Source of the DNA: Candidatus Multivoradales bacterium
Lineage (GTDB): Bacteria > Acidobacteriota > Thermoanaerobaculia > Multivoradales > JAHEKO01
DNA length: 64,000 nucleotides
NCBI GenBank assembly: GCA_965223855.1
Contig: CBDCXM010000009.1
Span: 1,280,001-1,344,000 of the forward strand
Direction: 5' to 3'
The position numbers were made by a program, and so were the translations under genes. The notes beneath the pieces were generated by a model. It was not told where the DNA came from, searched no databases, and was given only the letters and a program-made list of their open reading frames with translations. Shown here piece by piece: positions 18,731 to 27,475 of the stretch; within the stretch, counting starts at the first letter, position 1; every line of letters begins with the position of its first letter.

Positions 18731-19290
18731 GAACGCTTCGAGCCTTCGCTGGCCTGCCGTCGACCGCTCTGTTGTCAGCGGATGAGATCTTGGAGTTCCA
18801 TGCTGGGCGGCTGTTGCTACTCCTCAGGGTCGCTGGCACCGCGGGTCGAATCGATGGGCTTACCAAGATGGCGAAACTCGACTTCTTTGTTCGGTATCCA
18901 AGCTTCTTCCAACGAGTTGCCGCGTACAAAGGCTTGGAAGAAGTGCCGGTCTCCGGGAGGCAGGTCGAGTCGAGCATGATCCGTTTCCACTACGGGCCTT
19001 GGGACAAACGCTACTACCACGTGTTGGCCTATCTCGAGGCTCGAGCGCTTATTGAAGTTTCAGACGAGGGGAGCACTCATCGGCTCCAGCTCACAGAGGC
19101 CGGCAAAGCGTTGGCGAACCGGCTTAGAGGGTTGCCAGAGTTCGAGGGCTTGGTGGAGCACATGAAGGTGGTCAAGAGGCTTGTAGGCCGTCTGAAGGGA
19201 TCTACCCTGAAGAACCTGGTTTACGAGGTCTTCAAGAGCGAGGTGGCCCAGCGACGGTTCGGGGAAGTGATCATTGATGGCGAAAGCTAG
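18727..19290 (+). CDS. lmuC: ABC-3C middle component
   Basis: ATGA overlap; RLLLLL, TKMAKLDFFVRYP, MIRFHYGPWDKRYY, LEARALI winged-helix-like pattern. Confidence 0.75.
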   Translation: MRTLRAFAGLPSTALLSADEILEFHAGRLLLLLRVAGTAGRIDGLTKMAKLDFFVRYPSFFQRVAAYKGLEEVPVSGRQVESSMIRFHYGPWDKRYYHVLAYLEARALIEVSDEGSTHRLQLTEAGKALANRLRGLPEFEGLVEHMKVVKRLVGRLKGSTLKNLVYEVFKSEVAQRRFGEVIIDGES

Positions 19291-21193
19291 GCTGACGATC
19301 AAGGAGCTTCGTCGTTCCCCCGAACAGGCGGGGGCAATCGACTCTTTGTCACTTCAGCCAGGTGTCAACGTGTTGGTGGGGCCTCCCAACACGGGCAAGT
19401 CGCAGTGGTTGGAGATGCTCGATCTGTTGCTCGGGCGATCGAAGCCAATCACGGACGTGCTGTCCGAAGACGTTTTGGACGCGTATGACTCTGTTCATGC
19501 TGTCGTCACCGTCGGTGGCCAAGAACTCGAGCTTGAGCGGCGGTTGAATGAGCCGGGGCTAATGAGGAAGGTCATCGTGGATGGGGAGCCCAAGAGCTTC
19601 TCTGAGTTCTCCCATCTCATGTACGACCTGCTGGGCATTCCCCTCGTGCACTACCCGCAAGGGAATCCATACGGTCCTCGAACTTGGCCGGAGCTGAGTT
19701 GGCGAAGCCTCATGAGGCATGCCTACCGTCGGTGGCGATTCTGGTCTGATCTGGCAGATAAGCAACCCGACAGTGAGCAGCACGCTTGTCTGCTGCAGTT
19801 CCTTGGCCTGGCAAGAGAGCTCTTCTCAGCAGAGTACGGGCGGTTGGTGGACAAGGAGAAGGAGCTTCAGGCCACCCGGCTTCAGCGCGAGAGTTTCCTT
19901 AGGATGCTGCAGGAGGTGTCTCAGGACCTCGTCGACGAGGAAGACCTTGGCGTCGCCCTGACCGATGAGTCGCTCGATCGACTGATCGCAGAGATCGAGG
20001 GAGCGATTGAAGAACTCCTCGACGATCAAGATCGGCGACTAAGCGCGTTGCGGGATGCTGCGGCAGAGGCGGTAGGTGAGGAAGATGAGGTCGTGGGCCG
20101 GCTCGTTGAGCAGCTTGCCAATGATCGAGCGAGCGAGGAGAGGCTGGCGGAAGCTCTCGAAGTAGTGAAGGAGAGGCACCAGAGGGCAAGTGAGTATCGT
20201 CAGCTTCTTGTGGAAGAGGTTGAGCGGATGGGGCGTGCTGAAGAGGCGTCGAAGGCTCTCTCTACTATTCAGATCACGCACTGCCCTGCGTGCGATGTCG
20301 AGCTGGAGCCTAGGCGGCTAGGCGGAGAGAGCTGCTTCCTTTGCCACCGTCCGTTGGCCAGCGCCTATGGCGGCGAGCGGGTGGCCCAGAAGAGGCTCGA
20401 GTTTGAGCGCAGTCGCCTGTCGGCGGAGCTGGCTGAGGCCGAGACCCTGCTGGGGTCGATCAGAGGCGAAAGAGAGAGCCTCGAAGCCGAGCTGGGCCGA
20501 GCTAGGGAGAGGGTTCGCAGTGTGCAAGCGCAGCTTGAGCCCGTACGACGCGGGGCCGCCGGTATTCTGCCGGCGGATGTCGGCTTAGCTCATATGGAGA
20601 TGGGACGGATGCACCAGAGACTGGCCCAAGTCAAGCGTGTTCGAGCCAGCCTCAAGAAGCGGGAGAAGCTATCTGAGGAGATCGACCGCCTCGGGAAGCA
20701 GATCGCTGACCTAACGAACGAAGTGAAGAAGCAAAGAGCGGAGTTGGACTACGTCGAGCCGTCGGAGGCGCTTGCCGATGGGATGAACAGCTATCTGAAC
20801 AGAATCCGCAAGACCCGCGAGAATCTCTGGGCGCAGAAGGACGTGAGAATGCTCCTGAACGACCGAGGCTTCGATTTTCACGTCGGGGATAGGAGCTGGC
20901 GCTCGAAGCTTGGAGGGACTTCGACGCTGTTCTTCCTAATTGCGTACCACTACGGTCTCTTGAGCCTGAGCGGCACCCCGGGTAGACACTACCCTGGTTT
21001 CCTGGTCCTAGATTTCCCGGCCGAGCTGGACGACGGGACGAGGGTTCGCGACCAAGAGAACTTCGTGCTAGAGCCCTTTGTTGAGTTGCTCGCAGAGGAC
21101 AGCGAGGCTGCCGGTCAGGTTATTGCTGCGGGGAGCTCGTTCGAGGGGCTCGTAGGGGCCAACCGGGTCGAGTTCACTCGCGTGTGGCGGTGA
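19277..21193 (+). CDS. lmuB: SMC/Rad50-like ABC ATPase
   Basis: Walker A GPPNTGKS, coiled coils, central CPAC...CFLC, degenerate signature LGGT, Walker B LVLDFP. Confidence 0.85.
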   Translation: MAKARLTIKELRRSPEQAGAIDSLSLQPGVNVLVGPPNTGKSQWLEMLDLLLGRSKPITDVLSEDVLDAYDSVHAVVTVGGQELELERRLNEPGLMRKVIVDGEPKSFSEFSHLMYDLLGIPLVHYPQGNPYGPRTWPELSWRSLMRHAYRRWRFWSDLADKQPDSEQHACLLQFLGLARELFSAEYGRLVDKEKELQATRLQRESFLRMLQEVSQDLVDEEDLGVALTDESLDRLIAEIEGAIEELLDDQDRRLSALRDAAAEAVGEEDEVVGRLVEQLANDRASEERLAEALEVVKERHQRASEYRQLLVEEVERMGRAEEASKALSTIQITHCPACDVELEPRRLGGESCFLCHRPLASAYGGERVAQKRLEFERSRLSAELAEAETLLGSIRGERESLEAELGRARERVRSVQAQLEPVRRGAAGILPADVGLAHMEMGRMHQRLAQVKRVRASLKKREKLSEEIDRLGKQIADLTNEVKKQRAELDYVEPSEALADGMNSYLNRIRKTRENLWAQKDVRMLLNDRGFDFHVGDRSWRSKLGGTSTLFFLIAYHYGLLSLSGTPGRHYPGFLVLDFPAELDDGTRVRDQENFVLEPFVELLAEDSEAAGQVIAAGSSFEGLVGANRVEFTRVWR

Positions 21194-21239
21194 TGATGAG
21201 CCAGAGGGCAGGGTTCGTGCTCTGAGGTTGAGCGGGGGT

Positions 21240-22061
21240 ATGCACTTCGACGAGGATCCTGGCGACTACTTTGAGGTGTACGAGGAGCCAGAGCGCCCGC
21301 CGGATCCGCGACAGCGAGAAGCGAAGGAGGAACTGCGAGAGCTCTTCGAGGCAGAGCGGGAGGCAGTCTTCTACGGCCGCCAGCTAGAGGTGGGTCTCGA
21401 GGGTACGTACTTCCACTGGATCACGAATCGAGCACTGCGGGAGCTTGTGGCGGAGGATGCGGTAAAGAGTGAAGAGCGGGAGTTGGCGACGGGCGGGAAG
21501 ATCAAGCTCTACTGGCACCCGAGCAATCGCTACAACCGGAGGGCTGCGAAAAGCGTCACGCAGTTAGTCGAGGAATTCGCGAATCCAGAGGTTGGGCACG
21601 CCTTGGGGATTCAGGGTGAGGCTCTGACGCTCCGTGGGTTCGCCCGGGAGCAGTTCGTGCTGCTGGGAGAGGAGGTGAGTTCCTACGAGGGGCGTGAGTG
21701 GCTAGAGACGGAGCATGACCTCGACTTCGTGTTCGGGCGGGACGATAGCGTGTATGGCGTGGAGGTGAAGAACACTCTCGGCTACATGGATTATGAAGAG
21801 CTCCAGGCCAAGCTGGACATGTGCGATGCGCTTGGGCTAACCCCGGTGTTCGTCGTAAGAATGGTGCCGAAGAGCTGGATCTACGAGGTGCGAACACGAG
21901 GTGGGTTCGTGTTGATACTGAAGTACCAGCTCTATCCGTGGGCGCACAGGGGCCTTGCGAGGAGGGTGCGGGAGACGCTGGGGCTGCCTACGGACTCACC
22001 GCGAGCATTGGAGGACGGCACTATGCAACGATTTGTGAGATGGCATGAGCAGAACGTGTGA
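21240..22061 (+). CDS. Hypothetical PD-(D/E)XK nuclease-fold protein
   Basis: G..GE helix followed by HDLDFVF...YGVEVKN; N-terminal helix-turn-helix-like region. Confidence 0.65.
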   Translation: MHFDEDPGDYFEVYEEPERPPDPRQREAKEELRELFEAEREAVFYGRQLEVGLEGTYFHWITNRALRELVAEDAVKSEERELATGGKIKLYWHPSNRYNRRAAKSVTQLVEEFANPEVGHALGIQGEALTLRGFAREQFVLLGEEVSSYEGREWLETEHDLDFVFGRDDSVYGVEVKNTLGYMDYEELQAKLDMCDALGLTPVFVVRMVPKSWIYEVRTRGGFVLILKYQLYPWAHRGLARRVRETLGLPTDSPRALEDGTMQRFVRWHEQNV

Positions 22062-22209
22062 ATTCTGGCGACAATTCACACAGGGGCGTAGGTAAGTCGT
22101 TTGTTCTGAAGGTTTAACTCCCGCCCCCATTAATACGTAGTCCCTATGTGTCGGTTGGGGGTGGGTGAGGCCAAAAGAGGCATGAGGCTGTGGAGGCCAG
22201 TCTGGACGA

Positions 22210-22231
22210 CGGGTTCACTCTGAGGTCACTC
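22210..22231 (+). promoter_or_regulatory. Tandem putative integrase arm-type sites (right)
   Basis: CGGGTTCACTC-TGAGGTCACTC, matching TAAGGTCACTC at the left end in the same orientation. Confidence 0.65.
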
Positions 22232-22284
22232 GATAGATCATCGATTCGTCTAAACCTCTGATTATTAGCGACTTAGTGTCGATA

Positions 22285-22337
22285 TGCTCGATCTTGATCA
22301 TTTCGAGCACGGTGCGGAGCTGGGCCGGGAACGCCAT
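22285..22337 (-). repeat. att direct repeat, right copy, with displaced ubiA 5' fragment
   Basis: Plus strand TGCTCGATCTTGATCATTTCGAGCACGGTGCGGAGCTG (22285-22322); minus strand from the ATG at 22337 reads MAFPAQLRTVLEMIKIEH. Confidence 0.9.
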
Positions 22338-22527
22338 TGATGAAGCCTACCCGACTTGATTCGACTATCCGGGACGGTGATCGCGGCGGCTCCCAATGCC
22401 GGATTGCTAAAATCCTATTATGTGCTTAACTAGCAAGGCTATGGTGGAATCGAGAGTCTGGCGAGCCTCGAAGGGGGAGAGGCGGTTGGGCGAGCGTCTA
22501 CTGAACCGTGCCTAGGGTGCTGCGATC

Positions 22528-24579
22528 TTGAGTCGAAAAGCACGGGTAGTTCACCTGGCTCTCTTGCTTGCCGTGCTTGTTGGTATCAACTGGTACCTCA
22601 CAGGTTCTTTGCAGTTCCCGACGGGTGACAAGGCCATCTGGTTTCACTCGGGCCTGCTGACGCTGGTTCTCGGCCTCTTCTGGATCGAGCCTCACTTTGC
22701 CAAGCCCTCTGACGTTGCAATCAACGGTCTCGTTGTCTTCGTCGCCACCTCGGTGCTGGAGCAGCCGCCCTACCAAGCTTGGTGGGACGTTGCACGGTAC
22801 TCAGCGGCGGTGCTCGCAATCGCGGCCCTTGTTGTTGTTTGGCTTGGGAGTCCCGCGATTCCCGGCAGTCGCCCGTCAAAGCTCAAGCGTGTCGTCTACC
22901 AAGTTTTAATCCGAGTGGGCAATGCTCGCGTCGTCTTCTCAGGGGTTTTTGTCCTAGCCCTCGTGTCGTACTTCGATCACCAAGCAGTCTCAACTCGTTG
23001 GCTTGTAGCCTTCTGGGCCTTCATCTTGGCCGTGAAACACCTCGAGCTGGAGAGTCTTGCAAGGGCGATCGCGGCGATATGGAGGACCGAGTCGCCATCG
23101 ACCCTTGGGAGCCTTGTGCGATTCGCGGAGCCTGACATTGCGCGATTCCGCCTCGACGGATCGGCAACTTGTAGGAGGGGCGCTTTGATCGGTTTCACCC
23201 GCGACGGCAGGCTCGAGGACGACACTCCGATAGGGTTGTCGTTGGTCACCGAGCCACACCAGAGGCGGTGGAGGCGGAAGCGATCCTGGTCGATCAGTCG
23301 TTCTCCGAGGGCCGTAGAGAGGAGCGGACCGTCGTCGTCAGGATCGATCCGGACGACGAGGTAGTGAAGGACCGGGTCGAGCGCAGCTCAGGTCGGTGGC
23401 TCAACGATGACCTAGTTGGTTTCGCGACACAGCGAAGCAACATCGCCCGCCTCCGATTCGAGATCAACAGGGGTGTCACACTAGAGGAGGGGCACCTTGT
23501 CGAGGCGAGGCCTCGCTCGAGCAGGGCGGTTCTCTTTCAGATCGTCGATGGCGTTCTTCATGAAGAGGCTGCCCTTGAAGGCGGAGAGCGCGCGTACGTG
23601 GTGGGTGAGGCTCAGCAACTGGGAGTTTGGGGCGACGACCAGAAGGGCTTCGTCTCGCATCCATGGGTAGTGCCTGAGAACTGCCCTGTGTATAGGCATG
23701 CCGAGTCCTACGGCATCGACGACAGCGCCAGCGATGACAACATCCGAATAGGTCACGTTCCCAGTTCGAGCTTTTCCGCCAATATCAAGGCCTCGAGCCT
23801 TGTTCTCTACCACTCCGCGATCCTAGGCGTTACCGGTAGTGGTAAGTCGTTCCTGGCGTTCTCACTGGTGGAGAGCTGCGCCGTGGAGGGTGTCAAGGTG
23901 TTGTGCCTCGATTTGACGGGGGACTACGCCCGCTATCTTCCGGGCGCCGTGAGGGTGCCGTCCTTGAAATACGTGACACCCTTTCTGGATGCCCCGGATG
24001 CGTCGGTGGGCATTATCGAGTTCTCCGAGGATGGCAAGAAGCACCCCATTACGTCGACGAAGGAGATCATGGCCGCCGCACTTGCTTGGTGCCGGGCGCA
24101 TCGTTCGGAAGAAGAGGTCCGCGAACCGAAAGCAAAGGTGCTCTTGGTGTTGGAGGAGGCCCATTCGCTTGTGCCGGAGTGGAACGCGAACCCAACGAGA
24201 TCGCTTCAGGACACGGTCAACGAGACTGCTCAGATGGTCCTTCAAGCAAGGAAGTATGGTCTCGGCGTCATGGTCGTTACGCAGCGCACGGCTAACGTGA
24301 CAAAGAGCATCTTGAATCAGTGCAACACCATCTTTGCTTTCCAGGCGTACGACGAGACAGGCTTCGAGTTCATGAAAAACTATATGGGCGATCACCACGT
24401 AAGGGCGCTGCCGAACTTGAGGAAGAGACACGGTGTCGTGGTTGGCAAAGCGTCGAGGTCCGACCGCCCCCTGATCGTGCGAATGAAAGAGCAGGCTCGT
24501 AAGCCAGCGACGAAGGAGCTACCTGTCTTCGCGCTCGGGGACGATTCAGGGGTCAGCTGCGGAAGGCGAGGAGACTTGA
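22528..24579 (+). CDS. Membrane-anchored HerA/DUF87-family ATPase (reconstructed across two G-run indels)
   Basis: About 190 aa multi-TM N-terminus; HAS-barrel-like region; Walker A ILGVTGSGKS, Walker B LEEAH, QARKYGLG..VTQRTA, ILNQCNT. +1 G at 23233-23235 joins the two ORFs; -1 G at 24549-24552 gives a stop at 24577-24579 (as sequenced it reads on to 24827). Confidence 0.78.
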
Positions 24580-24580
24580 G

Positions 24581-24907
24581 ATGGTGTGCATTTGTAGCGC
24601 GTGGCCGTGCACATGTCGGGCGGGAACGGACTCAGCGTTGGATCTGGGGCGCGCTATGGGAAGCGCCGCTGGACGGAGCGCGGGCTACTGGGACGCGGTG
24701 CGAGGGAAGAGGGCACGAGGCCCTCGTCGGAGTTTCGGCACGCTTGGCCCTCCGATCGATTCCTTTCAGCTCGGTTACGACCTTGGCTTCGACAGAGCGT
24801 GGCACGGTGGCTACTTCGAAGGTGTGAGCGATGCTCTCCGCGTAGAAGTGGTCGATTGCCGTTTGCCGGGCTGCCGGTGTCTTGGTGCGTGCACCTGCTT
24901 GAAGTGA
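24581..24907 (+). CDS. Small Cys-rich hypothetical protein
   Basis: SD AGGAG before ATG; CICSAWPCTC at the N-terminus, CRLPGCRCLGACTC at the C-terminus, G-x3-G-rich middle. Confidence 0.5.
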   Translation: MVCICSAWPCTCRAGTDSALDLGRAMGSAAGRSAGYWDAVRGKRARGPRRSFGTLGPPIDSFQLGYDLGFDRAWHGGYFEGVSDALRVEVVDCRLPGCRCLGACTCLK

Positions 24908-24940
24908 CTGCGGCGACCCACTGTCGGTTCGGATGCTCCT

Positions 24941-26134
24941 GTGCCTGCTGGTCTGAGGGAAGCTCTTGACGAGCTCATAGCCCTACAGAAGCCTCTTGGC
25001 TTCGACGCGTCGCAATCGGTCGGCCGCTTGCTCGCCAGCGTGGACGAGTTCAATGCCGCACAAGAGAACTCGGACGAGATGTTCTTCTGGGTGCGAGCGA
25101 CCACGCTTGCGCTCGTTGTGGAGGTTGGCGGTGTCAGCGACCTGATGCTTCGGGTTGTGCTGAGAGAAGCGCCGACGGGCTTCTTGACAGCGTCCAAGGA
25201 GAGGCGTCTGCGCGGGCGCCTTTCGCGGGGAGACTCCTTCAAGCTGGCCTACCAGCTTTTTCCGAGGCTGTTCGGACTTGAGCTCGAGTTCGACCCTGGG
25301 GGCGTGGACTTCCAGCGCTTTCTTCAAGTGGTGGCGGCCCGTCATCACTACACCCACCCGGCATCGATCGGCGACGTCTACGACATGGCGCCACTTGCCT
25401 TGCTGTCACCGGCGACGATCTGGGTCCACATGTGTCTTTGGGAGCTTCTGAGCGCGTGCTGTCGCGAGAGTCGGACCGAGCCGCCCCCGCGTCCACTGTT
25501 TCCGTCACAGCCAGATCCTCCACGGGTGGAGCCAACTGTCTTCGACGAAGACTTCCACGAGCAAGTTGCCGCAGTCGGTGCTCGAGCTCTCCGCCTGCAT
25601 GGCGCGATCTTGAAAGTGCAACACGGAGATCTTGGTCGCGCCTTCTTGGCGCTATCCGACAAGGTGGGAAAGGGGCAAGCTACCGACGACGACACGCAGT
25701 TCATGGGGCGTCTTCTCGCTAGGACACTCCATAGTGCAGTCGAAGGTATCAATGCGAGTACCAAGCGACTCTTGGAGTCCGCCGGGGCCCTTGAGGGGGT
25801 GACACTCAGTCGCCGGAGCCGGAAGCTACTGAAGCGCGCGGCCGGGCAAGACCCAATCGAGAAGATCCGCGCCGCGCTGACCGCGACCTCCGCGGAGTTC
25901 GGGTCTGGCTACAATCCGCCGGTTTCCAACGAGCGTTGGCACGCCCTGAAGTCCACCGTCCCGCTCAGGCACCGAGTCACACACCCCGCCACTCCGAAGG
26001 ACCTCGCGCTGTCGAGGTCGGACCTTCAGGATCTACTGCTGGCCTCGCGGTGGCTCCTTTTAGATGCTACTGAGTTCCTGAGGGTCGATGAGGACAAGTG
26101 GGGCTATCGAGGAGCGGACGAGAGCGCCTCTTGA
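24941..26134 (+). CDS. Hypothetical protein with two HEPN-like Rx4H motifs
   Basis: AARHHYTHPASIGDV and PLRHRVTHPATPKDL in internally similar helical halves; 397 aa. Confidence 0.65.
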   Translation: MPAGLREALDELIALQKPLGFDASQSVGRLLASVDEFNAAQENSDEMFFWVRATTLALVVEVGGVSDLMLRVVLREAPTGFLTASKERRLRGRLSRGDSFKLAYQLFPRLFGLELEFDPGGVDFQRFLQVVAARHHYTHPASIGDVYDMAPLALLSPATIWVHMCLWELLSACCRESRTEPPPRPLFPSQPDPPRVEPTVFDEDFHEQVAAVGARALRLHGAILKVQHGDLGRAFLALSDKVGKGQATDDDTQFMGRLLARTLHSAVEGINASTKRLLESAGALEGVTLSRRSRKLLKRAAGQDPIEKIRAALTATSAEFGSGYNPPVSNERWHALKSTVPLRHRVTHPATPKDLALSRSDLQDLLLASRWLLLDATEFLRVDEDKWGYRGADESAS

Positions 26135-26250
26135 GACGCCGGTGGGACCCCGGATGCGAACTTCGTTGTCCGGTCTCGAAAGTAGCCGAAGGAGAAGGCG
26201 CACTTCTCGCTCAGAGTGAGCGCGCGAACTTAGGTAGGGGAAGCTGCGGA

Positions 26251-27444
26251 TCAGAAATGCCGCTGCAGGCTGATCTGGAAGTAGTCATCCGACCGCAGGT
26301 CTGCAAACGGATCGGTCGGTTCCAGCCCCGAGAAGACCCGCACCTCCGCTTCGAGCACCCAGTTGGAGCCGAAGCGGCGGCTTGCCTCCACCAGGTAGAA
26401 CGCCGCCGAGTCGTCGTTGTCGAGGATCGCGCCGGCCAGAATCTCTGAACTCTGCACGTCGTTGAAGGCGAGCCGGGTGCCGACGAAGAGGTCGTCTTCA
26501 AACGGGGTGGTGGCGAGCTCGTCGCGGTCGTCCCACAGGTACTCGACGACGGCGCCGAGGTCGGCGCGGGTGCCGCCGATGCCCCAGAAGGTGTACTCGA
26601 AGCCGGTGGTGGCGGCTTCGAACTCCTCGGCCTCGCTCTCGCGGTGGATCGCCTCGAGCTTGAGCAGCCAGTTGCCGAGGGTCGCCTGGAGGTCGAGGCC
26701 GGTCTGGTCGATCTGCTCGTAGAGGGGGCGGAGGCTGTCCTCTCCTCGCAGGACTACGAAGCGCGGTTCGCGGCCGGTGCCGTGGAAGTGGGAGAGGCCG
26801 AGGTCGAAGGGGCCGACGGCGTGCGACCAGCGGACAGCGAAGTCGATGTGACGCTCTTCGTCGGAGGATTCGTAGAGCGGGCGGTCGGTATCGATGGGCA
26901 GCGCTGTTCTCAGCCGCCCCTCGACTCCCGGGAAGGTGCGCTCGCGGAAGCCGGGCAGCACGTAGAACTCGAAGATGCCGATCGGCCTCACGAGCGAGAG
27001 CTTCACCATCGGCTGGCCGAGCTTGTCTTCGCCGTCGGGGTTCTCGACGCCGTCGGTTTGGTTGACGATGTCGACCAGATGCTGGGACTCGGTGACTCCC
27101 CAGAACACCTTGTGGATGCCGGCGACGAGCTCCCATCGCCGCGCGGCCTTCCGCCAGTAGAGCTCGCGCAGGTCTAAGTGGGTGCGCTCGGAGTCGAGCG
27201 AGTCGAGGCGCAGGAACGGCTTGAAGGTGACGCTCTCGCCGTCGCGGGAGAGCTCGCGGTAGTACTCGGGCTCCATCACGAGCGAGCCGCCGACGCCGTC
27301 CTCCTGCTCGGGGAAGAGCGGCGATTCGCCGAAGGTTCGGACTTCAGCGGCGAAGAAGCCGCGCCAATCACCGGCGCGCTCTTCGTCGGCGCTCGCCAGG
27401 GAGCCGTGAAGGGCGATGAGCCCGAGTGCCAGCCAACGTCGCAT
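26251..27444 (-). CDS. Putative outer-membrane beta-barrel protein
   Basis: Signal peptide, DLRELYW, VFWGVTES.HLVDIVNQTD, C-terminal Phe; last gene of the MMPL-LolA-like operon. Confidence 0.75.
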   Translation of the reverse strand: MRRWLALGLIALHGSLASADEERAGDWRGFFAAEVRTFGESPLFPEQEDGVGGSLVMEPEYYRELSRDGESVTFKPFLRLDSLDSERTHLDLRELYWRKAARRWELVAGIHKVFWGVTESQHLVDIVNQTDGVENPDGEDKLGQPMVKLSLVRPIGIFEFYVLPGFRERTFPGVEGRLRTALPIDTDRPLYESSDEERHIDFAVRWSHAVGPFDLGLSHFHGTGREPRFVVLRGEDSLRPLYEQIDQTGLDLQATLGNWLLKLEAIHRESEAEEFEAATTGFEYTFWGIGGTRADLGAVVEYLWDDRDELATTPFEDDLFVGTRLAFNDVQSSEILAGAILDNDDSAAFYLVEASRRFGSNWVLEAEVRVFSGLEPTDPFADLRSDDYFQISLQRHF

Positions 27445-27475
27445 CGTTGATTCCTCTACCGGGTCCCTTCTCGGT

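Larger units (their letters stand above)
11804..22322. mobile_element. Tyrosine-integrase genomic island (defence island) inserted in ubiA/mqnP
   Basis: Bounded by 38-bp direct repeats (36/38 identical); integrase next to the left repeat; xis-like gene; atypical composition; defence cargo. Confidence 0.9.

Noticed and set aside
19277-21193. Wadjet JetC or housekeeping SbcC/RecN
   Set aside because: Too short for JetC, no JetA/JetD or SbcD partner, and it lies in an island operon with a nuclease and middle component.
23268-24827. Conjugative coupling protein or VirB4, implying an ICE
   Set aside because: No relaxase or mating-pair genes are in the window, and the motifs fit HerA/DUF87 better.
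26135-26250. A third att copy closing a tandem island
   Set aside because: No match to the CTTGATCATTTCGAGCAC core was found by eye.
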